DNA of 64,000 nucleotides from Bacteroides sp. (GCA_014801865.1 JAAVDH010000039.1:3657-67656), one strand, 5' to 3'; counted from the stretch's first letter, positions 20,201 through 30,451 are shown. A program made the numbers and translations. Notes: generated by a model from the sequence alone, not told the origin.

Positions 20201-21905
20201 TGAGAGTGTTGAGGTTGACATTGCGGGCGTCTACCACGAAATTGAGCTGCGGGGAGCTCTCCGAAAGATTGGCCTGACCTGACACCATGAGTGTCACCGC
20301 AGGATTATCGAGCACTATATGCCCGTCAATCATCTCACCCTCCATGTTAAGGCCGGCTGATAGGTCGGTATATGTGTGTCCCTTATATTCCAGCGAGGGT
20401 ACGACAAGCGAGGCCGAGATAAGTTCCGGACGTTTTCCGTGTTTAAACTCCACCTCTCCACGCGCCGTCAGCGAAGTACGGCCGAATTGAGCGAGTCCCT
20501 TGTTGTTCATGTGCTTATCCCCGTGGCCTTGTCCATGATACTTGTCCTTATTCCTGAACAGCTCTCCGAGGTTAAAATCCTCCGTCACCACTTCGGAGTA
20601 AAGGCTATATCCCGCTCCGCTTCCGGTATATCTGGCAGTTACGTCCAGGTCACCCTCGGCTACCGATAGCGTAGCCTGTAGATTGCCTTTTGACGGAGTA
20701 GCATCTACGGAGGCTCTCAGGGCTATGTTTCCGGCATTCTCAATGATATTTGTTAAAGCGGGAGAAATTCCGTCGGCCTTCCCTGAGATAAGTGATGGCA
20801 TATAGGTGGCAAACTCATGTGAGCATCCGATGTCAATTTTATCCGAACTTACGCTCATATCGCTGCGGTTAGTAATAAGTCCGCAGACAGAGCTGTCCTC
20901 TATCGTCATCCACCAGTCATCGTTCTGTTCGGCAAGTCCTATGTAGCCTACGGTCAACATATCGGGTGTTCCCGACAGATCAATCGCAATATCGGCCGGA
21001 GTATCAAACCTCTCTAAAAGAGGCATGAACGCCCTGAAATCAGCAGGGGTCACATAGCTGCCGTCACGCATTGTGACCTTAAGCTGTGTCCGTTCTGGAT
21101 GCTTCGTGAGCACTTCCGGTTCATCATACTTAATCCACAGATTATCAAAGGTAAGTGAGGTCTCGGGAAGTTCTATCTTAAGTCCGTCGAGCGCACATCG
21201 CGATGAGGTATATAAGGCACCGGCTGACAAATCCTCAAGTACAAATCCCGACGACTCTCTGAATGCCAGTCGGCGCAGGTCAACCCGTATATCCTCATTG
21301 CTCAGGCGCGGTATTCTGAGGTCGGCCCTGAGTGAAGAGACACTTATGTGCGACGGGTCGAATCGATCGGCTACGTGAGGCCGGTCATTGACGTCGTATG
21401 TAAACGATGACTTGCGTATGACCACCGTATTGATTTCCAGATCAAATTTCGTGGGCGGCTTATTCTTATCCTTCGGCTGCAGGGCATCGATGATGGGCTG
21501 AATATTTAGTGGTGCGTTGGCACTGTCGCGCCACAGATGCGCTTCCAGACCTATGATTTCCGTATAGTCGATGACTATGCGCGAGCGAAACATCAGATTG
21601 CTAAGGCTTATACCCGCTCCGAGACGCTGAATGGTAGCCGCCGTATCGCCCGGATGAGTTACAAGGCTCACTCTCTTGAGCGTCACTCGATTAAACGGAC
21701 TCAGTAACACCTCGTCAATACCTACCTCCGCGCCAAGAAGTTTTGAAAGTTCCTGGCTTGCGATATCTCTCACCTTATTCTGCACTGACGGTAGAGTGAA
21801 GCCCACATACGCCACCGCGGTAAGCAGTATGGCCACAAGTATCGCAGTCACGATTATGAGTCGCAACGACTTGTAGATCCATTTTATCGGTGTGTATATT
21901 GTCAT
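17217..21905 (-). CDS. tamB: Translocation/assembly module TamB domain protein
   Basis: 1562 aa, N-terminal TM anchor, beta-rich repeats, C-terminal DUF490-like region (GSSISFQGDPYNAQLD...LNGNFGY...TQGVG). Confidence 0.85.
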   Translation of the reverse strand: MTIYTPIKWIYKSLRLIIVTAILVAILLTAVAYVGFTLPSVQNKVRDIASQELSKLLGAEVGIDEVLLSPFNRVTLKRVSLVTHPGDTAATIQRLGAGISLSNLMFRSRIVIDYTEIIGLEAHLWRDSANAPLNIQPIIDALQPKDKNKPPTKFDLEINTVVIRKSSFTYDVNDRPHVADRFDPSHISVSSLRADLRIPRLSNEDIRVDLRRLAFRESSGFVLEDLSAGALYTSSRCALDGLKIELPETSLTFDNLWIKYDEPEVLTKHPERTQLKVTMRDGSYVTPADFRAFMPLLERFDTPADIAIDLSGTPDMLTVGYIGLAEQNDDWWMTIEDSSVCGLITNRSDMSVSSDKIDIGCSHEFATYMPSLISGKADGISPALTNIIENAGNIALRASVDATPSKGNLQATLSVAEGDLDVTARYTGSGAGYSLYSEVVTEDFNLGELFRNKDKYHGQGHGDKHMNNKGLAQFGRTSLTARGEVEFKHGKRPELISASLVVPSLEYKGHTYTDLSAGLNMEGEMIDGHIVLDNPAVTLMVSGQANLSESSPQLNFVVDARNVNLNTLNLTSSHPDYSLSLNGDGQISGRDINHLTGQVTFHNVNYTNPDGEGLNIKDISIHADAHDSPAELMLSSDIADAWMSGNFHWQTLPTFVRNIAAGVMPALISPKDITVKDDEDINNIHFGITVKDTSPLAPLVKLPVEVIYNVDITGILDQNTGRALLTLDAPYLKQKDKLIEDTRLNLSVDRRASLTLSTVLPTKKGKMTLGIKAFGTNNHLDTGIDFVVDREREFNGQISVSADFERPENLEQVSAGIRLNPGELVFNDTVWNISSAAIDFMPGHIRVDGFNVGHDNQFITIDGTVSAAPDDSLTLRLSNVNLDYIFETLDINNVQFGGVATGTFYASSVLSPQPHLYTPLLHVDGLKYNQSLMGNADIQSNWDAVRKAVAIKADVSQPNGRHSYIDGRIMPMADSLDFHFDADRIQVGFLRPFMAAFADDIDGYASGNARLWGSFKFIDMVGNIYAEDVSLKLGFTGTTYWATDSIHLTPGRINLENITLKDRYGHTGILNGWVTHKCFKEPAFHFAITDLHEVLAYDIKENIEHPWYGRVFANGSVNVNGIPGLIDIGVNVSTAPNTTFAFVLSDTEQANDYTFITFRDRDKARKDSIRMADPTPEIVRRLRDRIANMNTDKPSVYKMDFQVEVNPQALVTLVMDPVGGDRITSRGSGILRLTYDSANEDVRMFGTYTLTQGSYNFTLQDIIIKDFTIQDGSSISFQGDPYNAQLDLRAYYALNANLSDLDESFLQDKELNRTNVPVHAVMIVKGDMAQPDIDFDIEFPTLTQDTYRKVRSIVSTEEMMNRQIIYLLALNRFYTPDYMAATRGNELVSVASSTLSSQLGNILGQLSDKWSIAPNVRSDRGDFSDVEVDLALSSHLLNNRLLLNGNFGYRDKSLNTNTFIGDFDIEYLLNRAGTFRLKAYNRYNDQNYYLRSALTTQGVGLEIRRDFDSFTSFLRPLRKWWPWKNAGSSDTSDSIPTVLPHKEHATEPSRYKIDLAPAQPEN

Positions 21906-21935
21906 CGTAAGCAGGGTGATTCTTTTTTACAGTGG

Positions 21936-24410
21936 TTATACGGGGTCTACATCGTAGTATATCACGGCCCCTTTTGCTCCCGGATGGGATGAGGTGTGAA
22001 GCTCCTCAAATACCGATCGAAGTATCTCCTTGACCTTCATCATCGAAGCGTTGAGCTCCACTTTCAGCATTATCTTGCGGATATACAGCGACTGCACCCG
22101 GCTCACGGTCGGCTCCTCAGGGCCATATACGCGGTTGCCGAACAGTTCTCTCAATCGTCGCCCGTAGAGCAGGGCGATATCATTTACCAGATTTACATCG
22201 CGATGCTTGAGATATATGTTTATGATTCTTGTAAACGGCGGATAGCTGTACCTGCGGCGTTCCTCGAGTTCCGACTGATAATATCCCTCGTAATCGTGAG
22301 CTGCGGCAAACTGATAGATACGCTCCTCAGGCTGGCGAGTCTGTATGATGACGTGGCCCGGCGTATCGCGGCGTCCGGCTCTGCCGGCCACTTGTTCTAT
22401 CATATTGAAAGTGCGCTCAGCCGAGCGGAAGTCGGGCTGATTGAGCATGGCATCGGCATTGATAATCCCCACCATAGTAACTCCTTCGAAGTCAAGTCCT
22501 TTGGTTACCATCTGTGTGCCGACGAGTATCTGCGACTTGCGGTTAGAAAAATCATTGATGAGGTTCTGATAGCCATCCTTATTGCGGGTGGTGTCGAGGT
22601 CCATGCGCGATACTGCAATATTGGGAAATGCAGTCTCCACTTCCTGTTCTATACGCTCCGTGCCGAAGCCTACCACCTCCACTTCGGGCTGTTTGCAAGC
22701 CGGACAAATCGTAGGCAGAGGGTAGGGTGTGCCGCAGTAATGACATACGAGGCGGTTGATACGCTTATGATAAGTCAGAGCCACGTCGCAATAGTTGCAC
22801 TTCGGTATCCATGCACACTGTTTGCAGGTCACCATCGGGGCATATCCTCTGCGGTTGAGAAATAGAATGGCCTGCTTCCCGTCGGCCACGGCATCTCTTA
22901 CCGACTGCGCCGTGCGTGTCGCAAAGGGTCCCTCCAACTGCTTCTTTTTGCGGGCAAGCGTCATATCCACTATCTCCATTTCAGGCAACAGTGAGCCGGC
23001 GTAACGCTCCATAAGCGACACGTGACCATACTTTCCCTCACGGGCTTTAAATGAGGTCTCTATCGATGGAGTGGCGCTTCCGAGCAGGGTTTTGGCGCCG
23101 TGCATCTTGGCCAGTACTATAGCCACATCGCGTCCGTTGTAGCGCGGAGCCGGATCTGCCTGCTTGTAGCTCGACTCATGCTCTTCGTCGACTATCACCA
23201 GCCCAAGGGTGGCAAACGGCAGGAATACGGCCGAACGTGGGCCTATGATTACCTTCGGCTCCGACGATCTGAGCATTGATTTCCAGATATCTACCCTTTC
23301 GTTGTCGGAGAATTTTGAGTGGTAAACCACCACCTTGTCGCCGAATACCTGATAAAGTCTGTCGGTCAGTTGAGTGGTAAGTGCTATTTCAGGTACGAGC
23401 AAAAGAGCTTGCTTGCCTTTCGACAGCACATAGTCCATCAGATGGATATATAGTTCGGTCTTGCCGCTTGAGGTTACTCCGTGGAGAAGGGTCACATCCT
23501 TATCGATCCACGAGCGGTGTATCTCGTCAAGCGCCTTTCGCTGAGCAGGGGAGAGGGTAGGCAACGTGCCCTTGTAAAGTCCTGTGGGCTTGAAACGGTT
23601 TATCTCGCGGGTCACGATTTTGACCAATCCCTTCTGTTGCAGCTGAGAAATGATGGGTGCGCTCACACCGCTACGCTCCATAAGAGCCTTACGGGTCACA
23701 TCGGTCGGGAACGTCCCCTTTCTCATGGCCCCTGACATTTCTATCAGCGCCAGATATGCCTGCTCCTGCTTGGGAGCGCCTTTAAGCATGGCGAAAGCCG
23801 CGCTGACAGCACCCTCGGCAAGATAATCGGGATTGAGCTGTACGTACACTTCCTTCCGGGGGGTATATTTTTCAACCAATCGTTCCGAGATCATTACCGC
23901 ACCGCGCTCGAGTAGCACAGAGGCCGTCACACCTACATTCTTAAGTCCGGTGGCCTTCTCGATATCAGCCACGGTCATACGTCCTCCCTTGTGTATAAGT
24001 GTCTGGTACACCATTATCTCGCGGTCCGTTAGGCGATGATACGTTTCTTCTTCGAAATCAACAAGGGCCTCGATGTAGGTCTCGCTCTCTATTTTCAAGC
24101 CGGTAGGTAGAGCTGCCTTGTAAACTTCTCCTACGGAACACAGATAGTATTCTGCTATCCACTCCCACAGATTCATCTGCGGACGTCGCACTATAGGCTC
24201 CGGGTCAAGCACCTGCGAAAGGGGCTTGACTTCGTATGCTTTGGGCGGGTCTGAGGGGTAGACTACCTGAACAATGCCGGTATAGTATTTCTTGCGGCCA
24301 AACTGTACGATGACTCTGCTTCCTGCCTTTACAGCATGAAGAAGCTCGTCCGGTACGGTATATGTAAACGTTCCGGGCAGAGGCAGAGGCAGAATTACAT
24401 CAGCGTACAT
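21936..24410 (-). CDS. priA: Primosomal protein N' (replication restart helicase)
   Basis: GVTSSGKT, DEEHESSYKQ, Cys-rich zinc region, QVAGRAGR. Start MYADVILP at 24410 overlaps the Nudix stop (TGATG). Confidence 0.96.
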   Translation of the reverse strand: MYADVILPLPLPGTFTYTVPDELLHAVKAGSRVIVQFGRKKYYTGIVQVVYPSDPPKAYEVKPLSQVLDPEPIVRRPQMNLWEWIAEYYLCSVGEVYKAALPTGLKIESETYIEALVDFEEETYHRLTDREIMVYQTLIHKGGRMTVADIEKATGLKNVGVTASVLLERGAVMISERLVEKYTPRKEVYVQLNPDYLAEGAVSAAFAMLKGAPKQEQAYLALIEMSGAMRKGTFPTDVTRKALMERSGVSAPIISQLQQKGLVKIVTREINRFKPTGLYKGTLPTLSPAQRKALDEIHRSWIDKDVTLLHGVTSSGKTELYIHLMDYVLSKGKQALLLVPEIALTTQLTDRLYQVFGDKVVVYHSKFSDNERVDIWKSMLRSSEPKVIIGPRSAVFLPFATLGLVIVDEEHESSYKQADPAPRYNGRDVAIVLAKMHGAKTLLGSATPSIETSFKAREGKYGHVSLMERYAGSLLPEMEIVDMTLARKKKQLEGPFATRTAQSVRDAVADGKQAILFLNRRGYAPMVTCKQCAWIPKCNYCDVALTYHKRINRLVCHYCGTPYPLPTICPACKQPEVEVVGFGTERIEQEVETAFPNIAVSRMDLDTTRNKDGYQNLINDFSNRKSQILVGTQMVTKGLDFEGVTMVGIINADAMLNQPDFRSAERTFNMIEQVAGRAGRRDTPGHVIIQTRQPEERIYQFAAAHDYEGYYQSELEERRRYSYPPFTRIINIYLKHRDVNLVNDIALLYGRRLRELFGNRVYGPEEPTVSRVQSLYIRKIMLKVELNASMMKVKEILRSVFEELHTSSHPGAKGAVIYYDVDPV

Positions 24411-24976
24411 CAGAGCAGGTTCCTTTCTTTCAGTGAGAAATACTTCCACAGTGGAGCGGCCATTAGCGCTTGTTTAATCTCGTCATCGAGCAGCATCTGC
24501 CACACTTCTTCTTTGGAAAAGAGGCGCACGGCTATATCCTCCGTGGCATCCAGGTGGCGTGATCCGGACTGTTCTACCCCGACGGCAAGATAGCAGTGAG
24601 TGAGATTATTCGTCACGCTGGGGTTACCCGATATGACACACAGTTCGGTCCATTCGCCTCCGATATATCCGGTCTCTTCGTAGAGTTCGCGGCGAGCAGC
24701 CTCCAAAGGCTCTTCACCCTCTTCCACCACCCCGGCGCAGATTTCTGTGCCTACCTCACCAAGCCCATGGCGATACTGGCGTTCCATTACGAACTGCCCG
24801 TCTTTGGTGATGGCTATGACATTGACCCAAGTGGGGTACTCCAGAACATAAAATTCGGGATTAATGGCACCGTCAGGCAGCTTCACTGTGTCGCGACGGG
24901 CTGTAAGCCAAGGTCGGCGAAAGAGATATTCGCTGCTTACGGTTTCCCATTTTTCGGGGTCAGAATTATGTGACAT
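24410..24976 (-). CDS. Nudix hydrolase (ADP-ribose pyrophosphatase-like)
   Basis: Nudix box GVVEEGEEPLEAARRELYEETGY. Confidence 0.93.
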   Translation of the reverse strand: MSHNSDPEKWETVSSEYLFRRPWLTARRDTVKLPDGAINPEFYVLEYPTWVNVIAITKDGQFVMERQYRHGLGEVGTEICAGVVEEGEEPLEAARRELYEETGYIGGEWTELCVISGNPSVTNNLTHCYLAVGVEQSGSRHLDATEDIAVRLFSKEEVWQMLLDDEIKQALMAAPLWKYFSLKERNLL

Positions 24977-25159
24977 AGCTTCGGGGTGTTTCTTGTCTAT
25001 ACGGGATGGATATATATATTAATATGCAAAATTACCACTTTCTCGCGACATGGCAGAAACACCCCGTATATTTTATGAGAACAAAAAATGGCTTTGCTGA
25101 CTTATAATAATAAGATAATAATATGACTTACCGAAGTGAATATTTCTGAAGACTCACTT

Positions 25160-25969
25160 ATGACTTCTACATTATGCGATAGCAAGGGATGTGAACATCT
25201 TCACTCTCATCTTAAGGCTGTGTGCGTGTTTATCACTCACTACACTACGGCACTCGTAGCCTGTGGCGCTACTACCAAACGCGTCACAGCCAATGTGTTG
25301 CGTATGGCGCATAACTTCGATACGGAGGTGGACGTCACTATCCTTACGGGGCATGTGATGATAACGGTGCGTGATTGTGATGACAGTCACTCATATACTC
25401 TCACGCGCCGTATTCCCGCAGCTCCTATTGACTTTGCCCTCAATGCCATGCTCAGCCGACTTAGCTGGCGTATAGCCGATAAGCATCTGAGCCTGAGCGA
25501 CGCATGTAAACTGCTTGACTGTATTCTTCATCGCAAGCGTCTTGACATACGGTGGGTAACTTTTCTCGCTTCCGTAGCCAATGCCTCGTTCTGCCGTCTG
25601 TTCGGTGGTGACTGGCAATCGATGTTGGTCGTGTTTCTGTCCACTGCCATAGCCTTCAAACTCAAGCTTTTGCTGACCTCACATTGTAAAGTGAATATTT
25701 ATGCAGCTACATTTGTAAGCGCTACGATAGCGGCGCTTCTGTCATGCTCGGCGTTGCTGTTCGGGTGGGGCGATACGGGTCAGACCGCCCTGGCCACGAG
25801 TGTTCTGTTTCTCGTGCCCGGGGTGCCGTTTATCAATGGCCTTAGCGACATGATGACAGGTCACTACACCTGCGGACTCGGACGCCTGACGCGAGCGGTG
25901 ATGCTCACCGTATGTCTCACCGGAGGTCTTATGGTAGCTATGCTGTGTATGAATATAGATATGCTTTAA
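25160..25969 (+). CDS. Threonine/serine exporter family protein (ThrE N-part)
   Basis: CGATTKRV, SFCRLFGGD and LVPGVPFING motifs; several TM helices. Start could be GTG 25136. Confidence 0.85.
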   Translation: MTSTLCDSKGCEHLHSHLKAVCVFITHYTTALVACGATTKRVTANVLRMAHNFDTEVDVTILTGHVMITVRDCDDSHSYTLTRRIPAAPIDFALNAMLSRLSWRIADKHLSLSDACKLLDCILHRKRLDIRWVTFLASVANASFCRLFGGDWQSMLVVFLSTAIAFKLKLLLTSHCKVNIYAATFVSATIAALLSCSALLFGWGDTGQTALATSVLFLVPGVPFINGLSDMMTGHYTCGLGRLTRAVMLTVCLTGGLMVAMLCMNIDML

Positions 25970-26031
25970 TTAGTAAGTCTTTATATATTAAAAATAATTT
26001 TGTAGACTTACTTAATAATGAAGACTTACTT

Positions 26032-26523
26032 ATGATTATAGTAGATATTCTTCTTGACGGATTGTTTGCCGCCGTGGCCTCTATAGGTTTCGGGGCCATA
26101 AGTAATGTGCCTGTAAGGAGCTTTACCGGATGTGCCATACCGGCTGCCGTAGGTCACATGTCGCGTTATATGTTGATGAATCTGTTGTCTTGCAATATCA
26201 TATTGGCTTCGTTTTGCGGTGCTTTTGCCGCCGGTATGATAGCTGTGTGGTTGTCAAAGTATTACAAGTGTCCGGCAGAGACGCTGTCTATCCCTGCCAT
26301 GCTTCCCATGATACCGGGTATGTATGCCTACCATGCTGTTCAGGCACTTGTGTTGACTTTTACTCAGCCCCCTGGTGATTCTTTTAACCATTATTTCACA
26401 CTGTTTAACTATAATGCGGGAGTATGTACGCTCGTCATGCTTGGACTTGTGGGCGGAGTGCTCTTCCCGATTTTCATATTCAACCGCCGTGCCTTCACCG
26501 CTACCCGCATACTTGATGACTGA
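26032..26523 (+). CDS. Threonine/serine exporter family protein (ThrE_2)
   Basis: DGLFAAVASIGF and PAMLPMIPGMYAY motifs. ATG 26032 preferred over 25912. Confidence 0.85.
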   Translation: MIIVDILLDGLFAAVASIGFGAISNVPVRSFTGCAIPAAVGHMSRYMLMNLLSCNIILASFCGAFAAGMIAVWLSKYYKCPAETLSIPAMLPMIPGMYAYHAVQALVLTFTQPPGDSFNHYFTLFNYNAGVCTLVMLGLVGGVLFPIFIFNRRAFTATRILDD

Positions 26524-26650
26524 GTGTGTACAATGATTCGGTAATTTTTACTGAATCATCGATACTTATTATCTCCACGATATACAATATATCGGATAAG
26601 AGGGATAAAACTTTTAGACCAAATCCTTTGTTGTATCAATAAAAAGAAGT

Positions 26651-26927
26651 AATTTTGTGCCGTTATTATCAACGGGAACAATACTTTTTATTAGTCTATC
26701 TCCTCTTTTTTTAGCCGATCTCCTCTTTAGAGTATTAATTCTCAGTCCTTATAGTGTTAATTCTCATCCTCTTAGGCCATTTGGCTTCGCCTTTTCCGGG
26801 CATTTCACTCCCTCTCCCCATTTAAACATTTTCCAATCTTTTTGTGTATTACGCTAAAGCGGTAGCTTAATAATTTATTCATTACCGTTTTATTACAAGA
26901 TAAAATTCTTTCCCCTATACCTTAATT
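26651..26927 (+). promoter_or_regulatory. rho promoter (-7 TAATTTTG) and long pyrimidine-rich 5' leader (putative rut/autoregulation)
   Basis: -7 element at 26651-26658, then ~265 nt of C/T-rich, G-poor leader with repeated TCTCCTCTT-like units. Confidence 0.6.
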
Positions 26928-29114
26928 ATGTATAATCTTTCCGAGCTACGGGCTATGGATGCAGAGCAACTCCGCAGCATAGCCGAAAACATGGGAATGA
27001 AAAAAATAGATACTTCTGATCCTGAGAATCTCGCGTTCAGAATCCTTGATGAGCAGGCCGAACAGTTTGCTGCTACGGAGACCGAACGTCGTCGCAATCA
27101 GAAGGATTCGCAGCCAGCACGCGAACCTAAAAAGCGTGGCCGTAAGCCTAAGCAGAAGCCCGAGGCCACTACTGCGCAGGATGCTCCTGCCGCCGAAGCA
27201 TCTACAATAGACCCTGTTATGGATCCCGACAGCATCGTGGAGATGTCTGAATCAAAGACATCTTCCGAAACTGTGCCTGAGCTTCCCCTGCCTAAACGTA
27301 GGGGACGTAAGTCAAAGGCTCAGAAAATGCTCGAAGCACGTCTGGCCGCGGAGGCCGCCGCTGCTAATGGAGGCGACGTGACAGATGTCGAGGCTACTGA
27401 TGCTCCTGTAGATACAGCGCAGACTCCGGCTCCCGAGCGCCGTCGTGGACGCAAACCTAAGCAGGCTAAGGAGCAATCGGCTGCCGAACCTGAAATGCTT
27501 GCACTTCCTTTGGGAGAGATGGCTGAAATACCCTTGCTCCCTGCCGATACTACTCCGGTCAATGACACTCAGCGTACCGACGCCGAAAATCCCGGTGAGC
27601 AGAGTAGCGATGTATCGGCTGCGGCCGAATCGGACGGACAGCCTCGTCGTAACGATGGTGAACAGATGGCCGGCAATGGTAATAATGTCGGCAACAACGG
27701 TAATGGTCCCCGTGTGTTCCGCCCCCGTAATCAGCAGGGCAACGACCAGGGGCAGCGACGTGACGACGGATTCGGAGCATTTTTCCCCCGTTCGGAGGGT
27801 CGCCGCTTCACACCCCGCTCACAGCGTGAGAAGGAGGAAGCAGCTGCAGCGGCAGCTGTTGCCGCCGCTACCGCTCCTATAGTAATCAGCGAGCCCTGGC
27901 AGGATAACAAGCCCAATAATCAGCAGAATAAAAAGAACAAGAAAAACCGCCAGCAGAACAATCGCAACATGCAGCCTCAGATGCCTATATATAATTTTGA
28001 TGGCATCATCGAGACTGAAGGTTTGCTTGAGATTGTGCCTGAAGGTGTCGGATTCCTTCGTTCGAGCGACTATAACTACCTCGCTTCTCCCGACGATGTA
28101 CTCGTGACTCAGAAGCAACTCAAGAACTATGGTCTGAAGACCGGTGACGTTGTACAGTGTACTGTCCGTCCCCCTCTGGAAGGCGAGAAGTACTTCACTA
28201 TGTGTTCGGTAATCAGTGTCAACGGACGTTCGCCCGAATTTATTCGTGACCGTGTGCCGTTTGAACATCTTACACCTTTGTTCCCAGACGAAAAGTTTGA
28301 TCTTACGGGTGGCACGACATGTAATCTCTCTACGCGTGTAGTCGACATGTTCTCACCTATCGGTAAGGGTCAGCGCGGACTTATCGTGGCTCCTCCCAAA
28401 ACGGGTAAGACTATACTTCTGAAGGATATTGCCAACGCAATTGCCGAGAATCACCCCGAGACTTACATCATGATTCTTCTCATTGACGAACGTCCCGAGG
28501 AGGTGACCGACATGAGTCGCAGTGTACGCGCCGAGGTAATAGCGTCAACCTTTGACGAGCCTGCCGACCGCCACGTGAAGATAGCCGGACTGGTTCTTGA
28601 GAAGGCCAAGCGTCTTGTAGAATGTGGCCATGACGTAGTGATACTTCTCGACTCTATCACACGCCTTGCACGCGCTTATAATACTGCTGCTCCCGCATCG
28701 GGCAAGATACTTTCCGGTGGTGTAGACGCCAACGCTCTCCAGCGTCCCAAGCGATTCTTCGGCGCGGCCCGAAATATCGAAAACGGAGGCTCACTTACCA
28801 TCATAGCAACTGCGCTTACAGAGACAAGCTCGAAGATGGATGAAGTAATCTTTGAAGAATTTAAGGGTACGGGCAACATGGAGCTGCAACTTGACCGCAA
28901 ACTCAGCAACAAGCGTATATTCCCGGCTGTGGATATCACTCAGTCGAGCACACGCCGTGACGACCTTCTGCTGCGCAACGAGACCCTCAACCGTATGTGG
29001 ATTCTTCGTCGCTTCCTCTCTGATCGCAACAGTATCGAGGCCATGGAGTTTATCAAGGATCGCATGGAGCGTACCCGCGACAACGAAGAACTGCTCCGCA
29101 CCATGGGCGACTAA
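26928..29114 (+). CDS. rho: Transcription termination factor Rho with long N-terminal disordered insertion
   Basis: [10 protein letters not shown], Walker [31 protein letters not shown] and FKGTGNME motifs. Confidence 0.98.
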   Translation: MYNLSELRAMDAEQLRSIAENMGMKKIDTSDPENLAFRILDEQAEQFAATETERRRNQKDSQPAREPKKRGRKPKQKPEATTAQDAPAAEASTIDPVMDPDSIVEMSESKTSSETVPELPLPKRRGRKSKAQKMLEARLAAEAAAANGGDVTDVEATDAPVDTAQTPAPERRRGRKPKQAKEQSAAEPEMLALPLGEMAEIPLLPADTTPVNDTQRTDAENPGEQSSDVSAAAESDGQPRRNDGEQMAGNGNNVGNNGNGPRVFRPRNQQGNDQGQRRDDGFGAFFPRSEGRRFTPRSQREKEEAAAAAAVAAATAPIVISEPWQDNKPNNQQNKKNKKNRQQNNRNMQPQMPIYNFDGIIETEGLLEIVPEGVGFLRSSDYNYLASPDDVLVTQKQLKNYGLKTGDVVQCTVRPPLEGEKYFTMCSVISVNGRSPEFIRDRVPFEHLTPLFPDEKFDLTGGTTCNLSTRVVDMFSPIGKGQRGLIVAPPKTGKTILLKDIANAIAENHPETYIMILLIDERPEEVTDMSRSVRAEVIASTFDEPADRHVKIAGLVLEKAKRLVECGHDVVILLDSITRLARAYNTAAPASGKILSGGVDANALQRPKRFFGAARNIENGGSLTIIATALTETSSKMDEVIFEEFKGTGNMELQLDRKLSNKRIFPAVDITQSSTRRDDLLLRNETLNRMWILRRFLSDRNSIEAMEFIKDRMERTRDNEELLRTMGD

Positions 29115-29132
29115 TCCTACAATCCCATAAAG

Positions 29133-29191
29133 ACAACAATAATCACGAACGAGCACACCATCATGGTGTGCTCGTTCGTGATTATTGTTGT
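29133..29191. repeat. 59-bp palindrome / bidirectional terminator between rho and the CMD gene
   Basis: Perfect 29-bp arms ACAACAATAATCACGAACGAGCACACCAT-C-ATGGTGTGCTCGTTCGTGATTATTGTTGT. Confidence 0.85.
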
Positions 29192-29255
29192 TGTTGAGTG
29201 TCGTAGATTAGCGAATCCGGAAGAGTATTCTGGTTTCTGATTCGACTGGGTACGG

Positions 29256-30080
29256 TTATTTCAGGCGGTCGTATTCTTCGTCGGTGACGGGTTCGAGCCA
29301 GATGTTTTCGGTGTTTTCGCCGGGAACGCTGAAGGCAAGGTGGGCAAACCATGAGTCGGAGGCAGCTCCGTGCCAGTGCTTGACGTTGGCGGGGATATTG
29401 ATGACGGTACCGGGCAGTATCTCTACGGCGGGTTTACCCTCTTCCTGATACCATCCGCGTCCGGCAACACCTACGAGCATCTGTCCCCCTCCTTTGTCGG
29501 CTTTGTGGATATGCCAGTTGTTGCGGCATCGAGGCTCAAAGGTGACGTTGGCAAACGGTATCTGGCTTGATGAGATGGGAGCAAGATAGCTGTTGCCGAT
29601 GAAGTATTGGGCATACGCAGTGTTCGGCTCGCCGATGGGGAATATCATCTGTTGCTGAAAAGCTTCTTTGGCATCGGCAGGGGAGGGTGCATCCTCATTC
29701 CATACATCCTTGGCCAGACGGAATGCTCCCCATGCTTTGGGCCATCCGGCATAGAAGGCGATGTGTGTTATTATTTCGGCCGCTTCCGTGCGTGTAATAC
29801 CGTTTTTCTTCGCTTCCTGAAGATGATAGGTCAGTGAGCTGTCAGTAATGCCCTGCGAAATAAGTGAAGTGATGGTGACGAGGCTACGGTCGCGAAGCGA
29901 TAGCAGGTCGTTGCGGCTCCATACCTCTCCGAAGAGTATATCGTCATTAAGATGGGCAAATTCGGGTGCGAATTCTCCGAGCGCGTCACGTCCGGCGGTC
30001 TGTATGATTTTCTTTTGTGCCATAAGGCTTGATGAATTAATTGATAATATGGTCAATACCAATAAAACTTTCTTAAGCAT
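29256..30080 (-). CDS. Carboxymuconolactone decarboxylase family protein fused to a cupin domain
   Basis: NDDILFGEVWSR...LSLRDRSLVT...AFYAGWPKA (CMD), NVTFEP...NNWHIH...KHWHGA (cupin). Confidence 0.9.
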   Translation of the reverse strand: MLKKVLLVLTILSINSSSLMAQKKIIQTAGRDALGEFAPEFAHLNDDILFGEVWSRNDLLSLRDRSLVTITSLISQGITDSSLTYHLQEAKKNGITRTEAAEIITHIAFYAGWPKAWGAFRLAKDVWNEDAPSPADAKEAFQQQMIFPIGEPNTAYAQYFIGNSYLAPISSSQIPFANVTFEPRCRNNWHIHKADKGGGQMLVGVAGRGWYQEEGKPAVEILPGTVINIPANVKHWHGAASDSWFAHLAFSVPGENTENIWLEPVTDEEYDRLK

Positions 30081-30143
30081 AGGTCTAAAGTGATTGATTT
30101 CCGGCTATAAAGTTAGTCATTTTTACGTTTGCTTAAGAAAAAT

Positions 30144-30183
30144 CGCCCGACAGAATTCCGATAGAGTATCGGACTGTCGGGCG
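30144..30183 (-). terminator. Terminator after rubredoxin
   Basis: CGCCCGACAG...CTGTCGGGCG hairpin; the A-run on the left reads as a U tract on the minus strand. Confidence 0.7.
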
Positions 30184-30202
30184 TTAGGATTGAAATTATC
30201 TG

Positions 30203-30370
30203 TTATTCGACGGGTGAGAACTGGTCTTTGCCTACTCCACACAGGGGGCATACCCAGTCTTCAGGTAGGTCTTCAAAAGTAGTACCGGGAGCGATACCGT
30301 TTTCGGGGTCACCTACTTCGGGGTCATATACCCAGTCGCATACATCACAAACGTATTTCTGATTTTCCAT
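30203..30370 (-). CDS. Rubredoxin (55 aa)
   Basis: Not in the ORF track. [55 protein letters not shown], with two CxxC motifs. Confidence 0.97.
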   Translation of the reverse strand: MENQKYVCDVCDWVYDPEVGDPENGIAPGTTFEDLPEDWVCPLCGVGKDQFSPVE

Positions 30371-30451
30371 AGTCGTATTTTATTATTTTGAGGGTTAAGT
30401 AATGATAATTCAGTTTCAATCGGTATACCGTTGTCATTCGTATTCCTATGA

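Noticed and set aside
26657-26857. 66-aa ORF in the rho leader as a leader peptide
   Set aside because: Its GTG start overlaps the -7 element, i.e. lies upstream of the predicted TSS; the composition simply reflects the pyrimidine tract.
30094-30282. 62-aa plus-strand ORF
   Set aside because: Antisense to the rubredoxin gene and its terminator.
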